Origin: Thermoanaerobaculia bacterium | GTDB lineage: Bacteria; Acidobacteriota; Thermoanaerobaculia; Gp7-AA8 | DNA: 64,000 bases | Direction of reading: 5' to 3' | Assembly: GCA_963715895.1 (NCBI GenBank) | Contig: OY970284.1 | Location: forward strand, 2,441,484-2,505,483 | Shown here: positions 46,737 through 55,995 of the stretch, piece after piece | How positions within the stretch are numbered: the stretch's first letter is position 1 | Layout of the letters: the number at the start of each line of letters is the position of its first letter | Position numbers and translations under genes: made by a program | The notes under the pieces: generated by a model | The model's input: the letters and a program-made list of their open reading frames with translations, nothing else | Databases searched by the model: none | What the model was told of the DNA's origin: nothing

Positions 46737-47028
46737 GCCTCACTCTCATGTAAATCGCCGGCGCCCTCTTTACCCATCGACGGCCTTCTCCCCCGCGGTT
46801 TCTGGCGGGGGAGAAGGTGCCGACAGGCGGATGAGGGGGCGCTTGCGGGTGCGTTATTCGTGCGCGACACGTGTTTTCAAGCGGCCCTTGGGCCAACGAC
46901 GCAAGATCGTTTCTGACGCGTATGCGCCTCCCTCATCCGCCTGTCGGCACCTTCTCCCCCCGCAAAAAAACCGCGGGGGGAGAAGGCTCTCGGCGAAAGG
47001 GCGTGGCAAGAAACGAAGCAATGCTGTG
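46737..47028. repeat. modular MITE-like element copy C (left outer IR truncated; right end runs into the parE-like toxin gene)
   Basis: Contains the 57-nt hairpin module in inverted pair. Right-end homology to copy A ends at cacagcattgcttcg (47014-47028, reverse strand). Confidence 0.6.
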
Positions 47029-47262
47029 TGCGCGGTAGTAGATGACGAATCCTACCCGGCGTAGAAACACCTGACGGACGTTTCGCGTCCTCGTGTTCGT
47101 GGCTCGCCGGCCAATGCCGGGAGTGGTGGCGAGTATTGCCGACATCGACCGGAAGTCTTCGTCGACTGCATTCGGCGCTGCGGTCTGGTTCATTTGCCAC
47201 CACGCGTCGGCGATATCGAGTTGCAGTTGGGCCTGCGGTGTTATGTCGATCGGGAGAGCCGT
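47029..47262 (-). pseudogene. ParE/RelE-type toxin gene remnant: no canonical start codon, and 3' end replaced by MITE-copy-C sequence
   Basis: ParE-like ...IDITPQAQLQLDIADAWWQMNQTAAPNAVDEDFRSMSAILATTPGIGRRATNTRTRNVRQVFLRRVGFVIYYRAH. After this the ORF continues into repeat-encoded ...SIASFLATPFRREPSPPAVF. Frame overlaps the antitoxin stop. Confidence 0.45.
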
Positions 47263-47420
47263 TCCTTCTCCCAGCGTTTCAGAAAGACCTCGAGGGGAAT
47301 CCCCTCGCCGCGGTCTGCCTGAGCGATCGCTTCCTGGAGGGCAGCATCGAGCTCTTCGTCGATTTCCACCATTTCGCCGGTTTCCGGATCCAGATTGAAC
47401 TGCGGTTCGCGTTTGCTCAT
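47241..47420 (-). CDS. small antitoxin-like protein (59 aa) upstream of the parE-like remnant
   Basis: MSKREPQFNLDPETGEMVEIDEELDAALQEAIAQADRGEGIPLEVFLKRWEKERLSRST; position, size and overlap typical of a ParD/Phd-type partner. Below the ORF-track length cut-off. Confidence 0.5.
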   Translation of the reverse strand: MSKREPQFNLDPETGEMVEIDEELDAALQEAIAQADRGEGIPLEVFLKRWEKERLSRST

Positions 47421-47443
47421 GACGGAATTCTACCTCGGTGTTC

Positions 47444-48511
47444 CTATCGGACACGCACATAGCGGCCTCCGGGCAGCGCCTTGAGCCAGCCGCCGAGCTC
47501 GAGTTGCAGAACAGGCTCGGAGAGCACCGCCACCGGGCAGCCGAGCGTCTCGGCGGCGGTGTCGATATGCGTCCCGAGCTCGCGGCGGAAGACCTCGAGC
47601 ACTTCGCGCAGCGGCGATTCAGGTTGCACCGGTGCAGAGGCCGGAACTTTCCAATCGCCTTGAAGCTCGTTGAGGATGTCGTCGGTGGTGTGGACCAGCT
47701 TTGCGCCGGTTTGGATCAGCCGGTGCGTCCCCTCCGATCCTGGCGAGAAGATCGAGCCGGGGACGGCGTAGACCTCGCGGTTCTGCTCCAGGGCCGTGCG
47801 CGCCGTGATCAGCGAGCCGCTACGGCCGTTCGCCTCGATGATCACGGTGCCGAGCGTGATGCCGCTGATGATCCGGTTGCGGATCGGGAAGTTGTAACGG
47901 AACGGTGGAGTGCCCGGCGGAAACTCGGTGAGGATCAGCCCGCGCTTTTCGATGGCGCGGAAGAGTTGCCGGTTCGAGCGCGGATAGACGATATCGATCC
48001 CCGTGCCGAGGACGGCCATCGTTTCGCCGGAGGCATCGAGGGTGGCCTGATGCGCCGCGGCGTCGACGCCGAGGGCCAGGCCGGAGACGACGGCCAAGCC
48101 GGCCGAGACCAGCTCGCGGCCGAGGTGTGCCGCGACGCTGAGCGCGTACGGCGAGGCGCGGCGCGAGCCGACCATCGCCACCGCCGGCTTCCGGGCCAGG
48201 GCGAGATTGCCGTGATAGAAGAGAGCCAGCGGCGGATCGACGAGTTGCCTGAGCAGCGGCGGGTATTCGTCATCGGCCAGCGTGACGGTGGAGCCGCGCA
48301 GGGTGTCGACCTGTTTGCGAAGTTCATCGTTCCGCCATGGCGCGGCGGCATCAGGTCCATCGATACTTAGCACCTGCCGCAATTTGGCGGGGGATGCATT
48401 GCAGATCGTCGCAAGCGGGTCGAAGGCTTTGATGAGGAGACGGATGCGGGCAGGTGAGAGAGGTAACAGGGCATACGCGATCAAACGATCGCGGAGCGGG
48501 ACTTCGGGCAT
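47444..48511 (-). CDS. dprA: DNA-processing protein DprA (Smf)
   Basis: Rossmann-like DprA core (VAMVGSRRASPYALSVAAHLGRELVSAGLAVVSGLALGVDAAAHQATL...YPRSNRQLF...GSLITARTALEQNREVYAVPG). Start ATG 48511; the upstream part of the 564-aa ORF is an artefact. Confidence 0.85.
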   Translation of the reverse strand: MPEVPLRDRLIAYALLPLSPARIRLLIKAFDPLATICNASPAKLRQVLSIDGPDAAAPWRNDELRKQVDTLRGSTVTLADDEYPPLLRQLVDPPLALFYHGNLALARKPAVAMVGSRRASPYALSVAAHLGRELVSAGLAVVSGLALGVDAAAHQATLDASGETMAVLGTGIDIVYPRSNRQLFRAIEKRGLILTEFPPGTPPFRYNFPIRNRIISGITLGTVIIEANGRSGSLITARTALEQNREVYAVPGSIFSPGSEGTHRLIQTGAKLVHTTDDILNELQGDWKVPASAPVQPESPLREVLEVFRRELGTHIDTAAETLGCPVAVLSEPVLQLELGGWLKALPGGRYVRVR

Positions 48512-48634
48512 GAGCGTGCTGGTGCCGCGGGAGGGAGCGATGCGTGTGGGACGCCGCCGCGACAATGGTAATCTCCCCGCCGTGTCCGGTAAAGTCCGAA
48601 CTCCATCGCCCGCAGCCCCGGAAGGAGATCGACG

Positions 48635-49207
48635 ATGAAAGGGATGCTTCGCCTCGGGACTTTGTTGATCGCGCTGTTGCTGGCGATCGGCTGTTCGCAT
48701 CAGTCCGATCTGTCGCGGCCGGCGTCTCAGGACAACTTCGGTGTGCAGATGGCGCGGATGAATCTCTGGCGCGAAGCAATGTTCCGCTTCGAGCGCGCCA
48801 TCCAGATCAATCCCGGTGACGCCCAGGCGCACAACAATCTCGCCGTCGCCTACGAGGCCAACGGGGACTTCGAGAAGGCGCGCAAGGAGTATCTCGAAGC
48901 GCTGAAGCTCGATCGCACCAATCCCTACATTCAGAAGAACTACAGCCGCTTCGTGGAGTCCCTCTCGCGCAACAAGAAACGGCAGCTGCCGGGAGTGAAC
49001 GCGGCTGTCCAGCCCAAAGGGCCGGTGAACAACCCTCAGGGGGGTGGGACGGTTACCACCGCGCAGCCCGCAGGCATCGAGGTACCGCCGCCCTCCGCCG
49101 TGAGCCCGCCGGGCGCTCCGCCGAGCGATCGCCCGCAACCGCAGCCGCCCACGCAGCCATCACCACCGCCCACGCCGCCGCCAACTCTGCCAGGAGGTGC
49201 TGCATGA
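48635..49207 (+). CDS. TPR-repeat lipoprotein with Pro-rich C-terminal tail
   Basis: Lipobox LLAIGC. TPR (AIQINPGDAQAHNNLAVAYEANGDFEKARKEYLEALKLD). C-terminal PPPSAVSPPGAPPSDRPQPQPPTQPSPPPTPPPT. Confidence 0.7.
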   Translation: MKGMLRLGTLLIALLLAIGCSHQSDLSRPASQDNFGVQMARMNLWREAMFRFERAIQINPGDAQAHNNLAVAYEANGDFEKARKEYLEALKLDRTNPYIQKNYSRFVESLSRNKKRQLPGVNAAVQPKGPVNNPQGGGTVTTAQPAGIEVPPPSAVSPPGAPPSDRPQPQPPTQPSPPPTPPPTLPGGAA

Positions 49208-49887
49208 AGCACATTGCCATCGTCGCCTTCGCCTTGCTGTTGCCGCTCACGTCGCTGGCCGGGGTGACGGAGGTCAAACTGAAGCTTCCGCTGAAGGCGA
49301 AGCTCTCGATCGCCGGCGACGAGAAGGTCGCCATCGCTCCCTTCGTCATCGCCAACCGCGAAAAGAAGAACGACCGCGCATCGAAGGTGGACGTGCAAGC
49401 GGAGTTTCAGCGCTACCTGAAGAAGCAGTTGACCAAGAATACGAAGCTGCGCCTCGTCGACGTGCCCCAGACCCGTCTGCCCGGTACCGACATGAAGGCC
49501 CTCGAGGCAAATCGCGATTACTGGAAGAGCCTGGGCGCGAAGACAGGCGCGGATTACATCGTCACCGGCATCGTCGATTTCGACGTCAACGACAAGTCCG
49601 GATACAAAACCGAAGAGTACGTCTCACCGGCGGATGGTAGGACGTATTACCGCCAGGTGCTCATCGAGACCACCGGCTTCGTCTTCGATATCGACATGGC
49701 CGTCTTCAATGCCGACACAGGCGAGAAAGTGCTCGAAGACAATTTCCGCGATTTCAAAGAGTTCGATCAACGCAATTACGACGAGATCCTCGGTCTATTC
49801 GAGAATCTCCGGTCCATGGAGACTCAGCTCGTTGGTATTTTCGTGCCCCAGGAGACCTCGGCTTCGAGATACGTGTTCACGGAGTAG
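49204..49887 (+). CDS. secreted hypothetical protein
   Basis: Signal peptide MKHIAIVAFALLLPLTSLAGV; no recognised domain. Overlaps the TPR gene stop, so probably co-transcribed with the 49898 outer-membrane protein. Confidence 0.55.
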   Translation: MKHIAIVAFALLLPLTSLAGVTEVKLKLPLKAKLSIAGDEKVAIAPFVIANREKKNDRASKVDVQAEFQRYLKKQLTKNTKLRLVDVPQTRLPGTDMKALEANRDYWKSLGAKTGADYIVTGIVDFDVNDKSGYKTEEYVSPADGRTYYRQVLIETTGFVFDIDMAVFNADTGEKVLEDNFRDFKEFDQRNYDEILGLFENLRSMETQLVGIFVPQETSASRYVFTE

Positions 49888-49897
49888 GGAGTAGTTC

Positions 49898-52867
49898 ATG
49901 GAGGCTCAATTGAAGCGAACGATCGCTCTGCTGTTTTTCGTCTCCATTCTGTTCACGCCGAGCGCCTATCCGTTCGGCCAGAACAAGATCGTCTACGACA
50001 AGTTCCATTGGAACATCTACCACGCCACGCATTTCGACATCTATTTCTACGATGAGGAAAAGCCGGCGCTGGAGAAAGTCGTGGACATGGCCGAGAGCGC
50101 CTATGACGACCTCTCGCGGAAGTTCAACTTCCAGATCTCCAAGAAGATCCCGATCATCTATTACGCCACGCATTCGGCATTCGAGCAGACGAACGTCGAC
50201 CTCAATTTCATCCCCGAGGGCGTCGGCGCGTTCGCCGAGCCAACGCGAAACAGGATGGTCATCCCCATCGACACCACGGACGAGAAGCTGCTGCAGCTCA
50301 TCCAGCACGAGCTCACGCACGTCTTCGAGTACGAGATCCTCTTCCAGGGCAAGCTCGGGAAAGAGGTGACCTCGAATCCGCCGACCTGGTTGATGGAAGG
50401 GCTGGCGTCGTTCATGGGGAACGACGAGGATTCGAAAGACCGGATGGTGTTGCGCGATGCCGTGGTCAACGATCAGGTCCCGCCCATCTCGCACGCACAG
50501 GGTGGCGGATACTTCGCGTATCGTTTCGGTCACGCTGTCTTCGCATACATCCAGCAGAAGTACGGGTGGGAAGGTCTGCGCGATTTCATTTACGAATACC
50601 GCAACACCCTCGGCAATTCCATCGACAAAGCCCTCAAGCGGGCCTTCGACCTCAAGCCGGACGAGTTCGACTCGCAGTTCCGTACCTGGCTTCGCAAGCA
50701 GTACCTGCCGGCCCTCATCGCCAAAGGCGAACCGCAGGAGTACGGCGACCCGTTCCGGATCGGGCCTGGTATCGCCAGCGAAGACATCTCGCCGGTGCCG
50801 TCGCCCTCGGGCGATCTTCTGGCGTCGTATGCAACCTATAAGGACTCCGTCGACGTCATTCTCTACAACATCCCCGAGCGGCGCCTGCTCCGCAATCTGA
50901 CCAGCGGCTATACGACGAAATACGAATACGCCATCGCCCAGATGTTCACGGTCGGGCCGGTCATGGGCCGCGATCTGGCCTTCTCGCCGAGCGGCGATCA
51001 GATTGCGCTCTTTGCGAAAAAGGAACGGGGCCGCAACCTTCTGCTGATCAATGCCCTCACCGGCACCATCGAGCGGTCTGTGAAGATGGAGTTTGAACAG
51101 CAGCTATCACCGACGTACTCACCGGACGGGAAGACCATCGCCTTCGCCGGTTTCAAGGGCAACATCCCTGACATTTATTTCTACGACATCGCCAGCGGGG
51201 CGATCAAGAACGTCACGAACGACAAATTCTTCGACGGCGCACCTGTCTTCTCGCCTGATGGCAAATGGCTCGTCTATTCGTCGGTCGTCAATGGGTACGC
51301 CAAGCTGTTCAAGCTGAATCTCGCCAATTACGACGAGCGATACCAGCTCACGACCGGCCAGTGGAACGATATTGACGCCTGGTTCTCTCCTGACGGGAAG
51401 CGGATTTTCTTCGCCTCGGACAAGCAGACCGGCCGCAATATGGAACTGGCCGCGCAGATTCTTCAGAACGCCGAGGCGAAGGCGAAACCGGAAGGCCCGA
51501 CGCCGCCGGCCGACATGACCAAGTACGCCGCCTACAACATCTATTCGCTCAACCTGGCCAGCGGCGACGTCCTCCAGTACACGGACGTCGTAGGCGGATG
51601 TTTTACGCCGGTCGTCTTCACCGGCACCAACAATCGGGAGCGGATGGTCTACGCCTCCTACTACAAACGCCACTGGCGCCTCTACTCGACCACCACCGAC
51701 AAGCCTCTGCATGAAGCGGAAAAGACCACGCTTCCGTCGGCGCCTCTGCTGGCAACGGCCCGTACGCTCTTCCAGCCGCCTGTGGAAGTGACGATCGATC
51801 CGGAGAAGATCGAGAAGCCAAACGACCACAAGCTCTTCATCGACGACGTCGAGGTCAATGCCGGCGTGACGTCGGATAATCTCCTCGTTTCGCGATCCGT
51901 CATCTATATGAGCGACATGCTCGGCGACAAGCGTTTCATCGCCTCGCTCGATTCGGTGTCCTCGTTCTCGAACTTCGACTTCCTTTATCTCGATCTGCAC
52001 AACCGCACCAACTGGGGCTTCCGCGTATTCGACAGCCGGGCCTTCTATTCGACACTGAACACCGATTTCACGATCGACCGCCATCAGCTCTATCGGGAGA
52101 CCGGCGCGATCGCCATCCTCAGTCATCCCTTCGACCGCTATCACCGCGTCGATGCAGGCATCGGCTATGAGGCGCGCGACGTGAACTATCCGTTCCTGGA
52201 TGATTCCGGCAATATCTTCTTCGTCAATCGCCGCGACAATTTCCCGCTTGTCACGGCCAGTTTCAGCGGCGATACCACGGCCTTCAAGGAGTTCGGCCCG
52301 ATCTCCGGACATCGCTATGACGTCGGGGTTCTTTTTGCGCCGAACGTTCACCGCAGCACCCTCAACAGCATCGGCGGCAGCGGTGGGTCCGTGCTGACGA
52401 ACGACTATACGCTCGACGCCCGGCAGTATCTTCCGATCACGTCGCGCGCGCTCCTGGCGACGCGTCTTTTCGTAGGCTACTCGCGTGGCGACTTCCCGAA
52501 CTTCTACTACTTCGGTGGATTGAACACCTTGCGCGGTTTCGATTTCCAGTCGATCATCGGTACGACCGCCGCGTATGCGAACGTCGAACTGCGCTTTCCG
52601 CTGATCGACGTCCTTGCCACGCCGGTCATTGCCTTCACCGGCATTCGCGCGAACGTTTTCTTTGATATCGGCGGGGCGAAGCTGCCGGGTCAGCAATATA
52701 CGTTCTACAAGGATCACCGGCTAGTGGATGGTCTCGCGTCCGTCGGCTACGGCCTTTCCCTGAACATGCTCGGCCTCGAGCTGCACTGGGACTTCGCCAA
52801 GCGGACGGATCTTCGCAACACCTTCGGCAAGTTCCGCACGGAGTTCTGGATCGGCGAGGTGTTCTAA
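49898..52867 (+). CDS. large outer-membrane protein: N-terminal HExxH metallopeptidase-like domain, TolB/PD40-like beta-propeller repeats, C-terminal beta-barrel (Omp85/BamA-like)
   Basis: Signal peptide. LQLIQHELTHVFEYE (HExxH). Repeated SPDG(K/D)xI(A/F)F... PD40-like blades. C-terminus ...FGKFRTEFWIGEVF ends in aromatic residue typical of OM beta-barrels. Confidence 0.65.
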   Translation: MEAQLKRTIALLFFVSILFTPSAYPFGQNKIVYDKFHWNIYHATHFDIYFYDEEKPALEKVVDMAESAYDDLSRKFNFQISKKIPIIYYATHSAFEQTNVDLNFIPEGVGAFAEPTRNRMVIPIDTTDEKLLQLIQHELTHVFEYEILFQGKLGKEVTSNPPTWLMEGLASFMGNDEDSKDRMVLRDAVVNDQVPPISHAQGGGYFAYRFGHAVFAYIQQKYGWEGLRDFIYEYRNTLGNSIDKALKRAFDLKPDEFDSQFRTWLRKQYLPALIAKGEPQEYGDPFRIGPGIASEDISPVPSPSGDLLASYATYKDSVDVILYNIPERRLLRNLTSGYTTKYEYAIAQMFTVGPVMGRDLAFSPSGDQIALFAKKERGRNLLLINALTGTIERSVKMEFEQQLSPTYSPDGKTIAFAGFKGNIPDIYFYDIASGAIKNVTNDKFFDGAPVFSPDGKWLVYSSVVNGYAKLFKLNLANYDERYQLTTGQWNDIDAWFSPDGKRIFFASDKQTGRNMELAAQILQNAEAKAKPEGPTPPADMTKYAAYNIYSLNLASGDVLQYTDVVGGCFTPVVFTGTNNRERMVYASYYKRHWRLYSTTTDKPLHEAEKTTLPSAPLLATARTLFQPPVEVTIDPEKIEKPNDHKLFIDDVEVNAGVTSDNLLVSRSVIYMSDMLGDKRFIASLDSVSSFSNFDFLYLDLHNRTNWGFRVFDSRAFYSTLNTDFTIDRHQLYRETGAIAILSHPFDRYHRVDAGIGYEARDVNYPFLDDSGNIFFVNRRDNFPLVTASFSGDTTAFKEFGPISGHRYDVGVLFAPNVHRSTLNSIGGSGGSVLTNDYTLDARQYLPITSRALLATRLFVGYSRGDFPNFYYFGGLNTLRGFDFQSIIGTTAAYANVELRFPLIDVLATPVIAFTGIRANVFFDIGGAKLPGQQYTFYKDHRLVDGLASVGYGLSLNMLGLELHWDFAKRTDLRNTFGKFRTEFWIGEVF

Positions 52868-52870
52868 GGG

Positions 52871-53545
52871 TTACAGCGCGTTGATGTCTTCCGTCTCCAG
52901 GATGGCTTTCGGTGCGCCGTTACGCGCCGCGGCGATCATTGCCCGGCCGATCTGTTCGGTCGTGGTCATGTACTTTGGCAGGAGACGCTTCAGCAGAGGC
53001 ATCAGCGGCCGCGCGATCACGTAGAACAGGCGATAGAGACGGGTCTTTGACGTCTCGCCGTGCATCGGCTGAATGCCCGCCGGGCGGAACATGTAGGCCG
53101 CCTTGAACGGCAGCCGGAGCAGCGCGTTCTCGGTACTGCCCTTGACGCGCGCCCACATGGTGCGGCCGTGTTCGGTGCTGTCCGTGCCGCTTCCGGACAC
53201 GTAGATGAATGTCATCGCCGGATTGCGTTTCGCCAGGACCGTCGCCGCCGCGAGGGTGATGTCGTAGGTCACGCGACGGTACTCATCCTCGGTCTTGCCG
53301 GCCGCGGAGACGCCGAGGCAGAAGAAACAGGCATCGTAGCCGGAGAGGTCGGAGGCGATGTCTGTGAAGTCGAACAGATTGTCGCGTGCGATCTCGTGCA
53401 GTTTCGGGTACTGCTGTCCGGTTGCCTTGCGTCCGATCGAGAGGACCCGATGCACATCAGGGTCGAGAAGGCACTCGCGGAGCACGCCTTGTCCGACCAT
53501 GCCGGTTGCGCCGAAGAGGACCACATCCATGCTGGCAGGATACAA
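52871..53545 (-). CDS. NAD(P)H-binding (NmrA / atypical SDR-like) protein
   Basis: Rossmann GxxGxxG: VVLFGATGMVGQGVLREC. Confidence 0.7.
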   Translation of the reverse strand: MYPASMDVVLFGATGMVGQGVLRECLLDPDVHRVLSIGRKATGQQYPKLHEIARDNLFDFTDIASDLSGYDACFFCLGVSAAGKTEDEYRRVTYDITLAAATVLAKRNPAMTFIYVSGSGTDSTEHGRTMWARVKGSTENALLRLPFKAAYMFRPAGIQPMHGETSKTRLYRLFYVIARPLMPLLKRLLPKYMTTTEQIGRAMIAAARNGAPKAILETEDINAL

Positions 53546-53583
53546 TCTTCCGCCCAGGTATCGCTGGTCTATAGGAGAAACAG

Positions 53584-54723
53584 ATGCCCGTCATCCATCA
53601 CGTCACCCCCCGTAACGGCGACGTCCTTTTGCTCGTCGGGACGATGAAGGGCGCCTTCATCTTTCGCGCGAACAAGAAGCGCGGGAAGTGGGACATGGGA
53701 GGCCCCTACTTTCCCGGCAGCGCGGTCTATGCCATGGCCTACGACGGCCGCGGCAACCGGCACCGCATCTGGGCCGGTCCGCAGAGCATGCACTGGGGAG
53801 CGCTCCTCCGATCGAGCGATGACTTCGGCGAGAGCTGGACCGATCCGGAAGTGGCGAACGTCAAGTTTCCGGAAGGAACGGAAGCGGCGCTGAAGAACAT
53901 CTGGCAGATCACTCCCGGCCGTGAGACGGAGCGAAACACGCTCTACTGCGGCGTCGAGCCGGCCGCTCTCTTCAAGTCGACCGATTCCGGCAAGTCGTGG
54001 GCGTTGGTCGAAGGGCTCTGGAACCATCCGCAGAGACCGAAATGGCAGCCTGGTGGCGGTGGGATGTGCCTGCACACGGTCCTTCTCGACCCCGCCAACC
54101 CGAAGAAGATCCGCATCGCCGTGTCGACGGCCGGCATGTATGTGACCGAGGACGGCGGCGCGACCTGGCGTCCGTCGAACAAAGGGGTGCGCGCCGACTT
54201 CCTCCCGGAGAAGTATCCGGAGTTCGGCCAGTGCGTTCACAAGGTCGTGCAGTCGAAGCAGAAACCGGAGCGGATGTTTCTGCAGAACCATTGGGGTCTC
54301 TATCGCAGTGACGATGCCGGCGAAAGCTGGGTCGACATCGCCAGCGACGTTCCATCCGACTTCGGTTTCGGCATGGCCATTCATCCCGAGGATCCCGACT
54401 GCGCATGGATCGTCCCGCTCGAATCGGACGGCTTCCGCTGTACACCGGAAGGAAAGCTCAGGGTCTATCGGACACGCAATGCCGGCGGGCACTGGAAAGC
54501 GTTGACGAAGGGATTGCCGCAGAAAGGAGCGTACGAGGCGGTTCTCCGCGACTCCCTGGCGGTCGATTCGCTCGACCCGGTGGGCGTCTATTTCGGGACG
54601 AGGAGTGGAAAGCTCTTCGGCTCGTCCGACGAAGGGAAGAGCTGGGAGGAAATGGCGGACGGTCTTCCGCCGGTGGTTTCTGTGAAAGCGGCGCGCGTCT
54701 CATTCGCCAGGAAGAAGGCGTGA
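53584..54723 (+). CDS. BNR/Asp-box repeat protein (sialidase-like / Ycf48-like beta-propeller)
   Basis: Repeated S.D.G.SW Asp-boxes (SSDDFGESW, STDSGKSW, TEDGGATW, SDDAGESW, SSDEGKSW). Confidence 0.7.
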   Translation: MPVIHHVTPRNGDVLLLVGTMKGAFIFRANKKRGKWDMGGPYFPGSAVYAMAYDGRGNRHRIWAGPQSMHWGALLRSSDDFGESWTDPEVANVKFPEGTEAALKNIWQITPGRETERNTLYCGVEPAALFKSTDSGKSWALVEGLWNHPQRPKWQPGGGGMCLHTVLLDPANPKKIRIAVSTAGMYVTEDGGATWRPSNKGVRADFLPEKYPEFGQCVHKVVQSKQKPERMFLQNHWGLYRSDDAGESWVDIASDVPSDFGFGMAIHPEDPDCAWIVPLESDGFRCTPEGKLRVYRTRNAGGHWKALTKGLPQKGAYEAVLRDSLAVDSLDPVGVYFGTRSGKLFGSSDEGKSWEEMADGLPPVVSVKAARVSFARKKA

Positions 54724-55004
54724 TGCCGTTCGTCTTCGTGATCCCGGGACCGTTGCGTGAGCTGGCCGGTGGCCGCGCGGAGATTCGCGTCGACGGCGCG
54801 GCCGGCTCCGTATCCGAGGCGCTGGCGCTGCTCGGCAGCGACTACCCCAAGGTTCACGACCGCATCGTCACCGAGCTCGGCGAGGTCCGCCCTCACATCA
54901 ACATCTTCATCGACGGCGACAGTTTCCGCGACCTCGGCGGGTTGGGTGCTCCGATCCGAAGCGGCGCGGAGATCATTATTCTGCCCGCGGTTAGTGGGGG
55001 ATAG
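54723..55004 (+). CDS. MoaD/ThiS-family ubiquitin-like small protein ending in Gly-Gly
   Basis: 93 aa, MPFVFVIPGPLRELAGGRAEIRVDGAAGSVSEALALLGSDYPKVHDRIVTELGEVRPHINIFIDGDSFRDLGGLGAPIRSGAEIIILPAVSGG*. ATG overlaps the stop of the BNR gene (TGATG). Confidence 0.65.
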   Translation: MPFVFVIPGPLRELAGGRAEIRVDGAAGSVSEALALLGSDYPKVHDRIVTELGEVRPHINIFIDGDSFRDLGGLGAPIRSGAEIIILPAVSGG

Positions 55005-55262
55005 TCCCAAAGTGGATACCGGCCAGGGCGCGGCAAGTACTGCCCCCTCATCCGCCTGTCGGCACCTTCTCCCCCAGCTGAAAAGCGCTGGGGGAGAAGG
55101 ACTCTCGATGTAAGGGAAGCGCAAGCTCTTGTTCTCTCGGGGCGGTCGCAGGGTTTGGAAGAAATCTTCGTGTTACGTGCTCGCGCTTCCCTAATATCGA
55201 GAGTCCTTCTCCCCCGCGTTTTTCAGCGGGGGAGAAGGTGCCGACAGGCGGATGAGGGGGCG
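55003..55262. repeat. modular MITE-like element copy D (variant core; shares about 40-bp left-flank homology with copy E)
   Basis: ccccctcatccgcctgtcggcaccttctcccccagctgaaaagcgctgggggagaagg ... ccttctcccccgcgtttttcagcgggggagaaggtgccgacaggcggatgagggggcg. Confidence 0.6.
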
Positions 55263-55317
55263 GTGCTTGCAATGCTCTTCTCTGCATCCGAGGTGGTTGC
55301 GGCTCGGATGCGGTGCC

Positions 55318-55986
55318 CTACGTCCCCCCGTCCTCCACATTCTTCAAATAGAACGACAGCGACTCCAGGTTGATGCGGAGGTCGACGGATTTGACCTTCA
55401 CGCCGGGGCGGGCGCGGAGCTGGGTGGGGGCGAAATTGAGGATGGCGTTCAGGCCGACGTCGGCGAAGGCGTCGTAGACGCTCTGGGCGGATTCGGCGTT
55501 GACGGCGACGATACCGATGTCGACCTGCTGATCGCGCACGATGGTCGGGAGATCCTCCCACGCCAGGACTTCGATGCCGATGCGGGAGCGGCGTCCGATT
55601 TTCGCAGGGTCGTTGTCGATGAGCGCGGTGATCTGGAAGCCGTGATCGTTGAAACCGCCGTAATCGGCTAACGCCATGCCGAGGTTGCCGGCGCCGGCGA
55701 TGAGAACGCGGCGGGTGCGGTCGAGGCCGAGCTCGCGCACGAGGTGGTCCTTCAGGCGCGACACGTTGTAGCCGACGCCGCGCGTGCCGAACTCGCCGAA
55801 GCAGGCCAGGTCTTTGCGGATCTGCGCGGAGTTGAGGTGGAAACGCTCGGCCAGTTCCGCCGAGGAGACGGTCTTCTGGCCGCAGGACTCGAGGAAGGTG
55901 AGACAACGAAGGTAGACCGACAACCTGCCGGTCGTCATCTCCGAGATCGTTTCGCGTTCGTTGTGGTTCAGCCGGTCGTTCGACAT
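55318..55986 (-). CDS. rex: redox-sensing transcriptional repressor Rex
   Basis: N-terminal winged-helix, Rossmann GAGNLG (VLIAGAGNLGMALADY); located directly downstream of nuoN. Confidence 0.85.
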   Translation of the reverse strand: MSNDRLNHNERETISEMTTGRLSVYLRCLTFLESCGQKTVSSAELAERFHLNSAQIRKDLACFGEFGTRGVGYNVSRLKDHLVRELGLDRTRRVLIAGAGNLGMALADYGGFNDHGFQITALIDNDPAKIGRRSRIGIEVLAWEDLPTIVRDQQVDIGIVAVNAESAQSVYDAFADVGLNAILNFAPTQLRARPGVKVKSVDLRINLESLSFYLKNVEDGGT

Positions 55987-55995
55987 GAGTCGGGA

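Noticed and set aside
47136-47462. + strand ORFs 47093..47398 and 47136..47462
   Set aside because: They are antisense to the better-supported parDE-like pair; compositionally biased, no motifs.
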